A DNA stretch of 64,000 bases from a virus: positions 32,001 through 96,000 of the IMG/VR virus record IMGVR_UViG_3300045988_142974. The stretch is one strand, 5' to 3'. Each line of letters starts with the position of its first letter. Positions within the stretch are counted from its first letter, which is position 1. Under the pieces are notes generated by a model. It searched no databases and had not been told where the DNA came from. It saw nothing but the letters and a program-made list of their open reading frames with translations. The position numbers were made by a program, and so were the translations under genes. Shown piece after piece: positions 52,315 through 61,668 of the stretch.

Positions 52315-52803
52315 ATGAAAGTAAACGAAATTAGAAAAACAGAAACAATCGAGAAACTTGTAAGAACAGAGTACATTGCAGAGGATGGAACTATATTTAG
52401 AAGCGAAGAAGAGTGTAAGAAATATGAGGAATCAGCACTATTTGTAATTAGTAAAGAGTTGAAGAAGCTTAATAATGAGAAAAATGGAGCTTCTGAATAT
52501 GATATTTATAATGAATGTTCTGATGAATGTCTGGTAGAGATTTTCAATGCAGAAACAGAAAGAGATATTGAGAATATCAGAAGATATGTATATCTCAAAG
52601 CACTTTCAAATAGTTCATATGCAAATAAAGCAGACGTTGACTTACCTAATATCACACCAGGGCATGAAGTAATTATTCATTGGAACTATGACGAGGATAG
52701 TTGTTGGACTATTGGAAATGGAAGTATTGATGCTTTCTGTGACTATATTAGAGATAATCTAAGGAGTTTAATTACCCCAAAGGAGGAAAATGCAGATGCT
52801 TAA
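52315..52803 (+). CDS. hypothetical protein
   Basis: 162 aa. AAAGGTTAGG lies upstream. Confidence 0.7.
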   Translation: MKVNEIRKTETIEKLVRTEYIAEDGTIFRSEEECKKYEESALFVISKELKKLNNEKNGASEYDIYNECSDECLVEIFNAETERDIENIRRYVYLKALSNSSYANKADVDLPNITPGHEVIIHWNYDEDSCWTIGNGSIDAFCDYIRDNLRSLITPKEENADA

Positions 52804-52951
52804 TATAACATTTAAGTACAGAGATGCAATGAGTAATTGGGAATGGAGAACACAAAGCTGTACAGTATCATCTATTGAAGAATGTAAGCGAATTTACGGA
52901 CTTGACAATGGCGATGTTGAATACGAGATTTTAGAAGTCAAAGAGGCATAA
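52796..52951 (+). CDS. hypothetical small protein (51 aa)
   Basis: ATG 9 nt after AGGAGGAAAA. It overlaps the upstream stop, and a terminator follows. Confidence 0.5.
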   Translation: MLNITFKYRDAMSNWEWRTQSCTVSSIEECKRIYGLDNGDVEYEILEVKEA

Positions 52952-52964
52952 TACAGAGAATAAT

Positions 52965-53001
52965 AAGGCAGACGCAAACATATGTGTCTGTCTTATTTTA
53001 T
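52965..53001 (+). terminator. intrinsic terminator
   Basis: AAGGCAGAC-12 nt-GTCTGTCTT followed by ATTTTATT. Confidence 0.7.
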
Positions 53002-53018
53002 TGGAAGGAGAATGTAAA

Positions 53019-53354
53019 ATGATTATATTGCAAAGAGATTCACGGTATGAGATGGGTGATCCTGATTGTGTGTTTAAAGTAAAATCAGGTGACTTAATTA
53101 CACCAATAAAGCGAATTGGATATAAAACTACATTTGATGATTGGGAAGATTACGGAGAAATCACGGATGAAGATATAAAAGATTTATATATTTTTTGTTG
53201 TCCTAACGATGAAATTCAAACAGAAGTTTATATTTCAATTTGTTCAAATTGGGATTTAATTTTTGTTGGCAGATATAAAGGTATTTTCTTTGATAATACA
53301 GAGGCTATTACAGCAAAAATTAATGCATGGATTAACAACAATATGGAGGTGTGA
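53019..53354 (+). CDS. hypothetical protein
   Basis: ATG 8 nt after GGAAGGAG. 111 aa. Confidence 0.7.
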   Translation: MIILQRDSRYEMGDPDCVFKVKSGDLITPIKRIGYKTTFDDWEDYGEITDEDIKDLYIFCCPNDEIQTEVYISICSNWDLIFVGRYKGIFFDNTEAITAKINAWINNNMEV

Positions 53355-53356
53355 CT

Positions 53357-53578
53357 ATGAATACATTAGAAGATATTTTAGTAGCATTAGGAAGTAAAAA
53401 ACCATTCTTAGACAAGATAATAATTGATGAAGATGGTGGAAGGCAGCCGTTCACCAAAGGCGGTGCTAAAGCATATGAAAAATTGACAGAAATCTTATAT
53501 GCGGTTGGAGAACTTACTAATACAGATATGAATAGTATTGTTGAAGAATTAGATAGTATAGCGAATCAGGATATGTAG
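53357..53578 (+). CDS. hypothetical small protein
   Basis: ATG 7 nt after GGAGG (the track start is a GTG at 53351). Confidence 0.6.
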   Translation: MNTLEDILVALGSKKPFLDKIIIDEDGGRQPFTKGGAKAYEKLTEILYAVGELTNTDMNSIVEELDSIANQDM

Positions 53579-53590
53579 GAGGTAAGCGAA

Positions 53591-53794
53591 ATGGTACAAT
53601 TACGGCAATACAAAATGGTTGAAGGAATTGGAAGTCATTGGAATAAACGATGGGAAATCCAAGAGAAATATAAATATTTTGAAAATGGAGAATGGGTTTA
53701 TTCCTGGCATTTAGTATTTTGGAGCAGTGATAAAGCGAGATGCGAAGAAGTGTTTGAGAAATATAAAAAATTAGGAGGTAAGCGAAATGATTGA
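53591..53794 (+). CDS. hypothetical small protein
   Basis: Leader TAGGAGGTAAGCGAAATG, duplicated at 53771. Confidence 0.6.
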   Translation: MVQLRQYKMVEGIGSHWNKRWEIQEKYKYFENGEWVYSWHLVFWSSDKARCEEVFEKYKKLGGKRND

Positions 53795-54098
53795 GTTAAA
53801 AGATTTATTGGAAGAAAATGAAACACTTGTAACATTTCATCTTTGCAATGAATATTGGTCACGGAATGCAATCACAGTAAAAGGAAATGATGATATTTCT
53901 GGTGCATTAGAAATGACATTACATAGAATACTTGAAGCTGGTGGAACAGAAGATGATGTAAAGCGAATTATGGGTGCTGAAATTCCAACAGAAGATGAAC
54001 TAAAAGAACTTGAAGAGTTTGATGAATTTAGTTGGATAGATTTAGGTTATGTATTACCTGGTTTAATTGATTTATGGGAAGAAAGCGAGGTTGATTGA
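53787..54098 (+). CDS. hypothetical acidic protein
   Basis: Same AGGAGGTAAGCGAAATG leader. 103 aa. Confidence 0.65.
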   Translation: MIELKDLLEENETLVTFHLCNEYWSRNAITVKGNDDISGALEMTLHRILEAGGTEDDVKRIMGAEIPTEDELKELEEFDEFSWIDLGYVLPGLIDLWEESEVD

Positions 54099-54099
54099 T

Positions 54100-55074
54100 A
54101 TGACAATAGAAATATTAAAAACCAGAATAGATGAAATATTAAAGAAAATGTGGGGTGTAAATGAAGATGGTGGCATCGAAATTTATACTGACTACAGAGA
54201 AAGAGAACTTTCTGATAGTTTCTTAAAAGAGATATTTGAGCATGATAATCCAAGAGAGGCATTTAATGATGAATTAGCTGATTGGGCTATGGATTATGCA
54301 ATGGAGTATGGAGAAGATGAGTTTGAAAAGGATATTCGTGAAGAAATGACGGATGAAGAGGAAGAGTATTTTACAGATAATTTTAATGAGATATGGGAGT
54401 ATGTAAGAGAAAATACATATTTTTATTACAACGCCGAGGATTTTAATAATGAAGTCAAAGTAAATATTATGGTGGATTGTGGTAATTGGAATTACGATTG
54501 CGTTTGCGATAATGTTCTGAATTGGTATGGAAATTCAGGAGATGGAAGTATTGACAAAGAATCATCTATGCTATGGTTAGCAAAAACACAAGGTAAAGCA
54601 ACTGCATTAAGAAAGGCATGTAAACAAGTACATAGGGATGATGGATATTATGTAGATAGAGATAAAAACAAAGACAAATTTATAGAAAGCTGCATACAGG
54701 AATTTGAAAATCTTCCATCACATATGGCAACTGTAACATTTCTTGTAAAAATGCCGTTATTTGATTTGTTTGATTTAATCGAATTACAGAATAAAGAATA
54801 TGACGAAAAAGGAAAATATGATCCACGAAAGAATGAAAAATCAAAATCTTATATAGTTCTTGGAAAAGAAACAATGTGTGGGTTGTATGATTCTTGGTCT
54901 GGTGGTGGTTCTGTATTAGAAGTAGAACTGGATAAGGATGTTAAACTTCCTATTAAATATGCAATCTTTTGTGTAGAGGGATGTAAGATGCATGGATATG
55001 ATATTGATGAAGTTTATGGACTGATTGATAGTTGTTGGAAAGAAACAGTAAAGGAAATAAAAGAGGTTGCATAA
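54100..55074 (+). CDS. hypothetical acidic protein (324 aa)
   Basis: ATG 9 nt after GAGG within a GAGGTTGATTGAT leader. It is the largest early ORF. No motif recognised. Confidence 0.7.
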   Translation: MTIEILKTRIDEILKKMWGVNEDGGIEIYTDYRERELSDSFLKEIFEHDNPREAFNDELADWAMDYAMEYGEDEFEKDIREEMTDEEEEYFTDNFNEIWEYVRENTYFYYNAEDFNNEVKVNIMVDCGNWNYDCVCDNVLNWYGNSGDGSIDKESSMLWLAKTQGKATALRKACKQVHRDDGYYVDRDKNKDKFIESCIQEFENLPSHMATVTFLVKMPLFDLFDLIELQNKEYDEKGKYDPRKNEKSKSYIVLGKETMCGLYDSWSGGGSVLEVELDKDVKLPIKYAIFCVEGCKMHGYDIDEVYGLIDSCWKETVKEIKEVA

Positions 55075-55120
55075 AACCAAAGGAAAGAACTGTTTCTTGA
55101 AAAGAAAGTGAGGAAAAATT

Positions 55121-55516
55121 ATGAGTATTTTAGCTGATGGTATTTTTATGAATCCAAGATATGATCAATATGAAGATTATGGTGAAACACAAAGCTATTA
55201 TGATTTAAGAACGGGTATTATCTATGTGGTAATGGAAGAATATGGAATGAGTGGTAACAATATTATTCAGGAAATCACACCAGATTCCGCTGAATATAAG
55301 GCAAATTATGCAAGATACAAGAAAGCGAAAGGCATTAAGGAAAAATATAGAGTAACTTATACTGCGCAAGTCGATCAAACGATTGAAGCAACTTCTTTAG
55401 AAGAGGCAAAGAAAATGGCGAAGAATGGAACTGGTGAATATGAAAATCAAGCTTTTGAAAGTATTTATTTATCAGAAGTCGCTTTTATAACAGATAAAGA
55501 CGGAAACGAAGTATAA
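55121..55516 (+). CDS. hypothetical protein
   Basis: GTGAGGAAAAATT leader. 131 aa. Confidence 0.7.
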   Translation: MSILADGIFMNPRYDQYEDYGETQSYYDLRTGIIYVVMEEYGMSGNNIIQEITPDSAEYKANYARYKKAKGIKEKYRVTYTAQVDQTIEATSLEEAKKMAKNGTGEYENQAFESIYLSEVAFITDKDGNEV

Positions 55517-55531
55517 AGGAGAGTGATTGAT

Positions 55532-55705
55532 GTGATAACAAGAGAAAGATTTGCAGAGACAGGTTGGAAAATGACATGTGAACAGTATCAGAAATGTGAT
55601 TGTACAGAATGTGATAAGGAAGATTGTATTCACAGAAACGCTTATAGAAGAGTACCTGAAATTGATGGTGGTCTTGGTTTGTGTCCTAATCTGAAGGGAG
55701 AGTGA
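55532..55705 (+). CDS. hypothetical small Cys-rich protein (GTG start)
   Basis: AAGGAGAGTGATTGAT leader. CEQYQKCDCTECDKEDC. Confidence 0.5.
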   Translation: MITRERFAETGWKMTCEQYQKCDCTECDKEDCIHRNAYRRVPEIDGGLGLCPNLKGE

Positions 55706-55710
55706 TTAAA

Positions 55711-55899
55711 ATGTATAAGCTGCGAATATATAAGTTGTCTGGTGTAGATAAAGGAAACTTAGATCATGAGGAATTGTTCGATACTAAAAATCAGATGGAC
55801 AAAAGATATGATGAATTGTTTCAAAGAGATTTGTATGGCTTAAATCCGACTGCATGGGAACAGATTGACAATGAATGGAAACGATTGGAGGGATATTAA
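55711..55899 (+). CDS. hypothetical small protein
   Basis: ATG 8 nt after GGGAGAG. Confidence 0.55.
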   Translation: MYKLRIYKLSGVDKGNLDHEELFDTKNQMDKRYDELFQRDLYGLNPTAWEQIDNEWKRLEGY

Positions 55900-55900
55900 A

Positions 55901-56122
55901 ATGAGAGTAAAAACATATCAAAATAAACGAAACAAGCGGAAATATATCGAAGTTCATAATGACGGACATTATCATAATTCTGTTCGTCAGTATATAGAAC
56001 ATGACCAGAAAGTTGCTGGTCGTAAGGTTGGAGTTGTTAGAAATTACACTGGCGATGGAAAACTTCATCGGTGGAGAAAAGGCAACTTGAATGAGTTATT
56101 GGAAGATTACAAAGAGGTATAG
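55901..56122 (+). CDS. hypothetical small basic protein
   Basis: ATG 8 nt after TTGGAGGG and 1 nt after the upstream stop. Confidence 0.55.
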   Translation: MRVKTYQNKRNKRKYIEVHNDGHYHNSVRQYIEHDQKVAGRKVGVVRNYTGDGKLHRWRKGNLNELLEDYKEV

Positions 56123-56159
56123 AATTTTAGGAATTGCAGAAGAGATTGGAGTGATGGAA

Positions 56160-56447
56160 ATGAAAATAAAGTGTCCTAATTGCGGAAAAGAATTTGATTT
56201 GTATAGATTAAAACATGATGAAAATAACCTCGAAGGATTTTATACATATCATTCTAAATGTCGAGCTAGTTTTGACATTGATTTTGATATGAACAAGACA
56301 TTTATAACAGATATTCCTAAAATGGCAGATTTTAAAATCCTTACAAAAGAAGCATTTTTGGAAAGTTACAGTTATTTAACAGAGGACGAATATAATGCAA
56401 CCGCATTATATATGAACTGGTTAAACGCAGATGACGAAGAACCTTAG
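56160..56447 (+). CDS. hypothetical protein with CPNCG motif
   Basis: ATG 8 nt after TTGGAG. MKIKCPNCGKEFDLY... Confidence 0.6.
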   Translation: MKIKCPNCGKEFDLYRLKHDENNLEGFYTYHSKCRASFDIDFDMNKTFITDIPKMADFKILTKEAFLESYSYLTEDEYNATALYMNWLNADDEEP

Positions 56448-56491
56448 AACATAAGAAATAGCAATTTCATTTTAAGATTGGAGTGATTTAT

Positions 56492-56839
56492 ATGGTATTA
56501 GATAAAAAAATACAGGATATTTTAGAGAAGAATGAATTCAATTTTGATGAAGAAATTAGTGAGCAAGATAATGGAAAATACATAGAAATCAATCAGAGTA
56601 CACCAGAAGGTGAAGATTGGTGGGAGACAATCTGGTTTGATGGTACATATGAAGGGTTTGTAAATGCAGTTGAAAAAAGAGTGTTGAATTTTGATGTCGA
56701 TGAAGAAGTCGAGATATGGATTCCTAACAGAGGTAAAGGTGGTTGCCCTGATAGTATTATGGATTTAGTTCATGATGCCGAATGGAAACAGAAAACATTA
56801 GAAAACTTATTGGATGATTTACAGGAAAACAAAAAATAA
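56492..56839 (+). CDS. hypothetical acidic protein
   Basis: TTGGAGTGATTTAT leader. 115 aa. Ends in an in-frame TAA followed by a further open frame. Confidence 0.7.
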   Translation: MVLDKKIQDILEKNEFNFDEEISEQDNGKYIEINQSTPEGEDWWETIWFDGTYEGFVNAVEKRVLNFDVDEEVEIWIPNRGKGGCPDSIMDLVHDAEWKQKTLENLLDDLQENKK

Positions 56840-57031
56840 GAAAAGGAAATCACAAAAGAATCTGTTGAGAATGAATTATATGATTTTTTTAATGACAAAA
56901 TGGAAACTGGTGATGCACCTGAAATTGAAAGAGTTGGTCGTTATCCTGATATGTATGTCACAGGAGACAACGGAATTGTTATTGATTGTATAGGTGGTAG
57001 GCAGATCAGATTGATTATCCAGGTAGACTAA
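56840..57031 (+). other. 63-codon protein-like open frame with no canonical start, in frame with the preceding gene across its TAA
   Basis: EKEITKESVENELYDFFNDKMETGDAPEIERVGRYPDMYVTGDNGIVIDCIGGRQIRLIIQVD. The only in-frame ATG (56900) has no SD. A T7 run lies at 56885-56891. Confidence 0.3.
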
Positions 57032-57044
57032 GGAGTGGTGATTT

Positions 57045-57380
57045 ATGAATTATACTTATTTTGGAAACAGAATCGAAAGAAGTTCATTGGGGAATCTGGG
57101 ATTACAGTTATTAAAATCTCAAGAGAAATTAGTTTCTCAGGAATATGAAATTGAGAATCTTAGAATTAAAGCAGCCATGTATAAAGCATATTTCTTTCGT
57201 AATTCTTCATTAGCAGAAAAATTACAAAAACAAAGTGAAGAAAACAGAGATGCACTTATTGGAGAGTTTGATGGTTCTTCATATGCAAGTTGGAGAGCAA
57301 ACGCTGTATATAGAACGCTTGAAAATATGTGCGATGAAGGACTATTAACTGAAAGAGAATACAAAGAATGCAAAGTATGA
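57045..57380 (+). CDS. hypothetical protein
   Basis: AAGGAGTGGTGATTT leader. 111 aa. Confidence 0.7.
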   Translation: MNYTYFGNRIERSSLGNLGLQLLKSQEKLVSQEYEIENLRIKAAMYKAYFFRNSSLAEKLQKQSEENRDALIGEFDGSSYASWRANAVYRTLENMCDEGLLTEREYKECKV

Positions 57381-57417
57381 AACAAGAGTTTCTTTAGAAG
57401 AATAGAGGTAGATTTAT

Positions 57418-57693
57418 ATGAAGATAACAAGAGAAATGGTAATAGAGTTAAATAACGAATTAGCCGTAAAAGGTTGCCCATTCAGATATGAATATGAAGG
57501 AGCAACAGAATATTCACACATTCCACAAATGCAAGTTGCATTGCCAAATATGAATTGCGTTGATAGCTGCATTATTAATGTAACAAGGGATTTTCTCGAA
57601 TGGCTAGAATTGTGGTTCAAAACAAAATATGGAATTGAATTAACCTGTAACAATGATGGGAGTGTTTTGCGGGCTAAAAACTATAAGGAATAA
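57418..57693 (+). CDS. hypothetical protein
   Basis: AGAGGTAG lies upstream. 91 aa. Confidence 0.65.
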   Translation: MKITREMVIELNNELAVKGCPFRYEYEGATEYSHIPQMQVALPNMNCVDSCIINVTRDFLEWLELWFKTKYGIELTCNNDGSVLRAKNYKE

Positions 57694-57742
57694 AAAACCA
57701 AAGAAACGACGATTTACTGGGATTATGAAAGGAGGAACAGCT

Positions 57743-58024
57743 ATGGATTCAAAGTTCTTTGAGAGAAAATGCTTTACAACAACATCTGATTGTTTATTGG
57801 AATTTATGAAGGAACAAAAAGATGATTCAAGCCTTATATTTAATATGGAAGAAGATACAAAAGAAGTATTCTTATATAGTCCAGCGTTTGATGTTGAATA
57901 TAATGAGGATGATATTATGGATTGTGTTGGCAGAGAATTGGGTGTTGAAATAAATAATCTGTTCGTAGATGGCGACAAATATTGTGCAGCAATTTATTTT
58001 ACTGTAAGAAAATTAGAACAATGA
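57743..58024 (+). CDS. hypothetical protein
   Basis: ATG 7 nt after GAAAGGAGG (the track ORF starts at 57653). Confidence 0.65.
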   Translation: MDSKFFERKCFTTTSDCLLEFMKEQKDDSSLIFNMEEDTKEVFLYSPAFDVEYNEDDIMDCVGRELGVEINNLFVDGDKYCAAIYFTVRKLEQ

Positions 58025-58048
58025 ATCGGAAGATTGGAGGTTGATTAC

Positions 58049-58231
58049 ATGAACGAAACACAAGAAAAGATATATGGCTTATTGGAAAGTTATTTAGAAT
58101 ACTGTAAGACAAACGGATATACAGAGTTTGAGGTATGGTGTGAAGATAATATTGATACCGTTGATGAAGATTCATTGGTACAAGATATTTATCAGGAAGT
58201 GAATCATATAGCTGACAAATTGTTTGAATAG
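58049..58231 (+). CDS. hypothetical small acidic protein
   Basis: ATG 8 nt after TTGGAGG. Confidence 0.55.
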   Translation: MNETQEKIYGLLESYLEYCKTNGYTEFEVWCEDNIDTVDEDSLVQDIYQEVNHIADKLFE

Positions 58232-58247
58232 GAAGTGAGGGAATAAT

Positions 58248-58616
58248 ATGGTAAGAAAAATTAACAATAGATTGTATAAAGTTAATACATATGCTTCTGC
58301 ACACATTATTGAAGTAGATGATAATTATGATGAAGAAGTGCAGAAACTAAGAAAAGAAATCCAACTTGACAGTATTGGATACAAATTGAACTTACTTGTA
58401 TATCTCGCCACATTAACGGTACAAGGATATGCAATTTTAAGCGTAACAGAATTTAATATTGATGGAAGAAAGCCTAGAGTTGCTTATGCAAGTAATAAAG
58501 ATTTAAGAAAATTGTTAAGTATTATTTTGGAAAGAAAGCATAGGAAACGGAAATTTACTTGGAGAATATGTAAGAGGTTGGAATATTCAATTTCTTATTT
58601 TTATGGAAAGGAATGA
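58248..58616 (+). CDS. hypothetical basic protein
   Basis: GTGAGGGAATAAT leader. 122 aa. Confidence 0.65.
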   Translation: MVRKINNRLYKVNTYASAHIIEVDDNYDEEVQKLRKEIQLDSIGYKLNLLVYLATLTVQGYAILSVTEFNIDGRKPRVAYASNKDLRKLLSIILERKHRKRKFTWRICKRLEYSISYFYGKE

Positions 58617-58849
58617 TAATTACTATGTTTGATTACAAAGAATTTAAAAAGGAAATGTCTAAGAGAGGACATGAAGTACATAAGAATGGAAAGTATCTTA
58701 CAATTATCCCTAATAATAATTACGAGGGATACGGTAAAGGATTTTTGTTTGCAACGGATATCGTTGAAGGTTTTGAGGATGCATTAAAGTTGCTAAATAT
58801 GAATCATTTTAATACTTGGATATATAGTGCAAAATTTAAGATTGTATGA
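58613..58849 (+). CDS. hypothetical small protein (alternative start 58625)
   Basis: 78-aa ORF. The ATG overlaps the upstream stop. Confidence 0.55.
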   Translation: MIITMFDYKEFKKEMSKRGHEVHKNGKYLTIIPNNNYEGYGKGFLFATDIVEGFEDALKLLNMNHFNTWIYSAKFKIV

Positions 58850-58904
58850 TAGAATTAGAATAGTAACAATGAGACGTGAATAGTTAAATAGGAGGATTTA
58901 ATTT

Positions 58905-59051
58905 ATGGGTACAGTTATAAGTATAATATTTTTAGTATTAATGTTTGCATTTTGGAGAAGTGGTAAGGAAGAAGAGGCAAGAAAAAGAAGAGATATGTAT
59001 AACAATCTCAATAAAAAGTCTGTAGATGAAATGGAAAAATGGAGAAGATAG
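58905..59051 (+). CDS. 48-aa membrane peptide
   Basis: ATG 9 nt after TAGGAGGA. GTVISIIFLVLMFAFW (TM helix) followed by a charged tail. Confidence 0.5.
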   Translation: MGTVISIIFLVLMFAFWRSGKEEEARKRRDMYNNLNKKSVDEMEKWRR

Positions 59052-59068
59052 AAAGGCGGTCGATTAAT

Positions 59069-59689
59069 ATGTTTGGAGGATTGTTAGCATTCTTAGGAAT
59101 TTATGCAGGAAGTGCTGCAAAGGCAGCTAAAGATAACTATGATATGAAGAAAATTACTCGTACAGTTGATGAAAAAGGAAATGTTCATTATGCAGATAGA
59201 TTGTGTAACGAATATATCAATGGTGAGCGAGTAAAGAGAGTTGAAACTACTGACAGAAACGGAGTTAAGTTATATTCAACTGTTGGTATGAATAGCAGTA
59301 AAGTGTATGACACTTCTTATGGAAGGGGTACACAACAGTTATTAGAGTATAGTGAACGTGACAAACAAGATAACATTAAGCGTGGATATAATGTATACGA
59401 ACAATACAATCCTTATTTCGGAACATTTGTTACAACTGAGATTAGTTCAGGAAGAACAATTACTTGTCTGTTTAGTGGGAAAAATAGTAAGACTGGTAAA
59501 GAGTTCTATAGAGTGTGGTATTTCCGTCCAGAATGTCAAGGAAAACTTGATTACAATACGACTGTTGAGGGTGATATGGGAATTGAAATTACAAAGGAAG
59601 AATTTAATAAATTAAAATTCGGATGTCTAAAATGTAGTTCAATGCCAAGCGATAATAATGTAACTAAAAAGTTGTGGGGCGATGACTAA
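59069..59689 (+). CDS. membrane-anchored protein
   Basis: ATG 9 nt after GAAAGGCGG. MFGGLLAFLGIYAGSAAKAA is followed by a soluble domain of about 185 aa. Confidence 0.65.
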   Translation: MFGGLLAFLGIYAGSAAKAAKDNYDMKKITRTVDEKGNVHYADRLCNEYINGERVKRVETTDRNGVKLYSTVGMNSSKVYDTSYGRGTQQLLEYSERDKQDNIKRGYNVYEQYNPYFGTFVTTEISSGRTITCLFSGKNSKTGKEFYRVWYFRPECQGKLDYNTTVEGDMGIEITKEEFNKLKFGCLKCSSMPSDNNVTKKLWGDD

Positions 59690-59716
59690 TGAACGATGTA
59701 AAAGGAGTGATTAAGA

Positions 59717-60007
59717 ATGAAGGCAAAAATAATTACGGACACAATATATATTTATACTTATTTGAGAGATGGGTATAACTTAAAAGATAAATTAAAAGAG
59801 TTCAATCAAAAACATGATGAAAATATGATAGGGAAAATTTGTGTAGGCGGAAATGGTTTCGCGCGTTTTTCATTAGAACTTAATGGTATAGAATTGTTAA
59901 AACAATTTTGTACCGACAACAATGTAGAACTTATTGAAGCGCCGATATTGAGCGTTGACATTATTAGACCAGCGCAATATCGTAATCTTTTATCTTATTA
60001 TAAATAA
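59717..60007 (+). CDS. hypothetical protein
   Basis: AAAGGAGTGATTAAGA leader. 96 aa. Confidence 0.65.
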   Translation: MKAKIITDTIYIYTYLRDGYNLKDKLKEFNQKHDENMIGKICVGGNGFARFSLELNGIELLKQFCTDNNVELIEAPILSVDIIRPAQYRNLLSYYK

Positions 60008-60049
60008 ATGGATGAGTTGTGTATAATAACTATTATGTCAAATAAAAAT

Positions 60050-60078
60050 AAGCTGTCTGTAACAACAGACAGCTTATT
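60050..60078 (+). terminator. hairpin/terminator
   Basis: AAGCTGTCTG-taacaa-CAGACAGCTT followed by ATT (short U-tract). Confidence 0.55.
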
Positions 60079-60267
60079 GGGACTTACCCACTAAGTCCGC
60101 AGACATAACGCTTCAACTTGAAACTATATAGTTTCCCTGAAACTCAAATAAATAATAATAAATTATTAGGCAAAAGTCAAGAAAAAATTAAAATGATTGT
60201 AGAATTCAAAAAAATACTAGAGGGATTTGGTAGTTTAATATAATCGAAAGAAAGTGAAGTGAGTATA

Positions 60268-60867
60268 ATGATAAAAGAAAAAATTGTAGTGGAATACTAC
60301 AAAAATAAGAAAACTAAGGAAATCACCTTGGATTACGATGATTATACTGAGGAATATTATATTTTTAAACAAGAATATAATGTATTTAAAAATAATGGAA
60401 AAGTATCAAAGACAGATATGAGCGAATACGATTGTGTCAATAAAGAAGCTGAGAAGCTTTTAGCTGAACGTCTTCGTCTAAAGTCTGAAACAAAAGAAGA
60501 TGAAAAAAGAGCAATTGAACTAGCAAAGATAGTTAGAAGGGCTTATGAAGATATGAAAAATAAAGACCCTGAATCAGTCTGCTCAATTGATTGGAACTAT
60601 ATTCAAAAAGAGCAAGAATTTGATGATTCATTAACACCCGGATGGGTAACAGTAAAAATAAAAAGTTCATGCTCAAAATGGTATCAGAGTTATGCGGGTT
60701 TTGGTCACTCTCCATCATTTTATCATTATCAAGTTCCAATTTGCGTTGAAAAGGAGGCAAAGGAATTACAAAAAATAAGGGAAAAACACCAAGATGATGA
60801 TACATTTAATTTTGAAATATGTGACTATCCTAAAAGAGTTATCAGAGAAGCCGACCATGATTGTTAA
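60268..60867 (+). CDS. hypothetical protein
   Basis: First ATG of track ORF 60259..60867. 199 aa. Confidence 0.65.
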   Translation: MIKEKIVVEYYKNKKTKEITLDYDDYTEEYYIFKQEYNVFKNNGKVSKTDMSEYDCVNKEAEKLLAERLRLKSETKEDEKRAIELAKIVRRAYEDMKNKDPESVCSIDWNYIQKEQEFDDSLTPGWVTVKIKSSCSKWYQSYAGFGHSPSFYHYQVPICVEKEAKELQKIREKHQDDDTFNFEICDYPKRVIREADHDC

Positions 60868-60882
60868 GGGGAATATATATTT

Positions 60883-61668
60883 ATGAAGACAAAATTTGCA
60901 ATAAAAATATTAAATATAAAGGATGATTATAGAAATAGAAAGGATGATGAAAAATATTATTACGAAATCTACCAAGAAAATAAACAAAAATATGTTTCGT
61001 TATTTAATATTAAAAAAGCAAAAAAGTTTCAAAATGCAAAAAATGCAAAAATACACTTAAAAAAACTTGTAGATGAATGCGCAAACATCAACAAGGCTTC
61101 TGGATTTAAAATAGTAGAAGTTGATGAACAATACAATATTATTTCAGAAGAGAACATTAGTGTACAGAAATTATCCGAGGAACTTGTTGCAAAAAATCCA
61201 CAATATAAGGGAATTGAATATTACATCAACAAGCTATCAAAAGTAATGACTAGACTCAAAGTGGATAATTATGAGTATAATTGGGATAAAGATTCCGCTT
61301 ATATAAAATTTACTTATAAAGGAGAGTTTTACAAATTTGACCACAAAGCAACGGAAGAAAATAAATTAACATATGGTACAGATTGTTTAGCTCAACTTGT
61401 ATTAACCTTAGAAGATTTGGCACGAATGTCAGAACGAAATATATATGATTTTTCAGTATGGATATCAGGGATGAAATATTTACCTGAGAAAAAATTGCTG
61501 CCACAATGTTTTCAAAATCTTGGTTTTAAATATGATTATCCATCAAAAGAAGAATTAGATAGGGCATATAAAGAGTTATTAAAAATAGTTCATCCTGACA
61601 ATGGTGGAAGTAGTGAAAGCTTCATTAGTTTGAAAAAATCATATGAAGAATGCTTGAAACAGATATAG
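60883..61668 (+). CDS. protein with C-terminal J-domain (DnaJ-like co-chaperone module)
   Basis: ELDRAYKELLKIVHPDNGGSSESFISLKKSYEECLK contains the HPD tripeptide in J-domain helix II/III context. The N-terminal ~200 aa is unassigned. Confidence 0.7.
   Translation: MKTKFAIKILNIKDDYRNRKDDEKYYYEIYQENKQKYVSLFNIKKAKKFQNAKNAKIHLKKLVDECANINKASGFKIVEVDEQYNIISEENISVQKLSEELVAKNPQYKGIEYYINKLSKVMTRLKVDNYEYNWDKDSAYIKFTYKGEFYKFDHKATEENKLTYGTDCLAQLVLTLEDLARMSERNIYDFSVWISGMKYLPEKKLLPQCFQNLGFKYDYPSKEELDRAYKELLKIVHPDNGGSSESFISLKKSYEECLKQI

Noticed and set aside
5850-57031. Stop-codon reassignment (TGA or TAA read as sense), prompted by three protein-like frames that begin right after in-frame stops and by the two tRNA-Trp genes.
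   Set aside because: Both Trp tRNAs have anticodon CCA (not UCA), and no CUA/UUA/UCA anticodon was found. All long genes close with ordinary stops and show no internal in-frame stops. All three anomalies sit beside A/T homopolymers, so indels or non-AUG starts are simpler explanations.
50811-59720. A recurring motif, (A)AGGAGTGTGATTGAT-ATG/GTG and variants, lies upstream of about a dozen early genes (50811, 51674, 51985, 55516, 55696, 56479, 57031, 59702...). I considered it as a regulatory element or a phage-RNAP promoter.
   Set aside because: It always sits at fixed distance from the start codon, and GGAGGTGAT is the extended complement of the 16S rRNA 3' end. It is therefore best explained as a long Shine-Dalgarno/leader, perhaps spread by gene duplication, not a novel signal.
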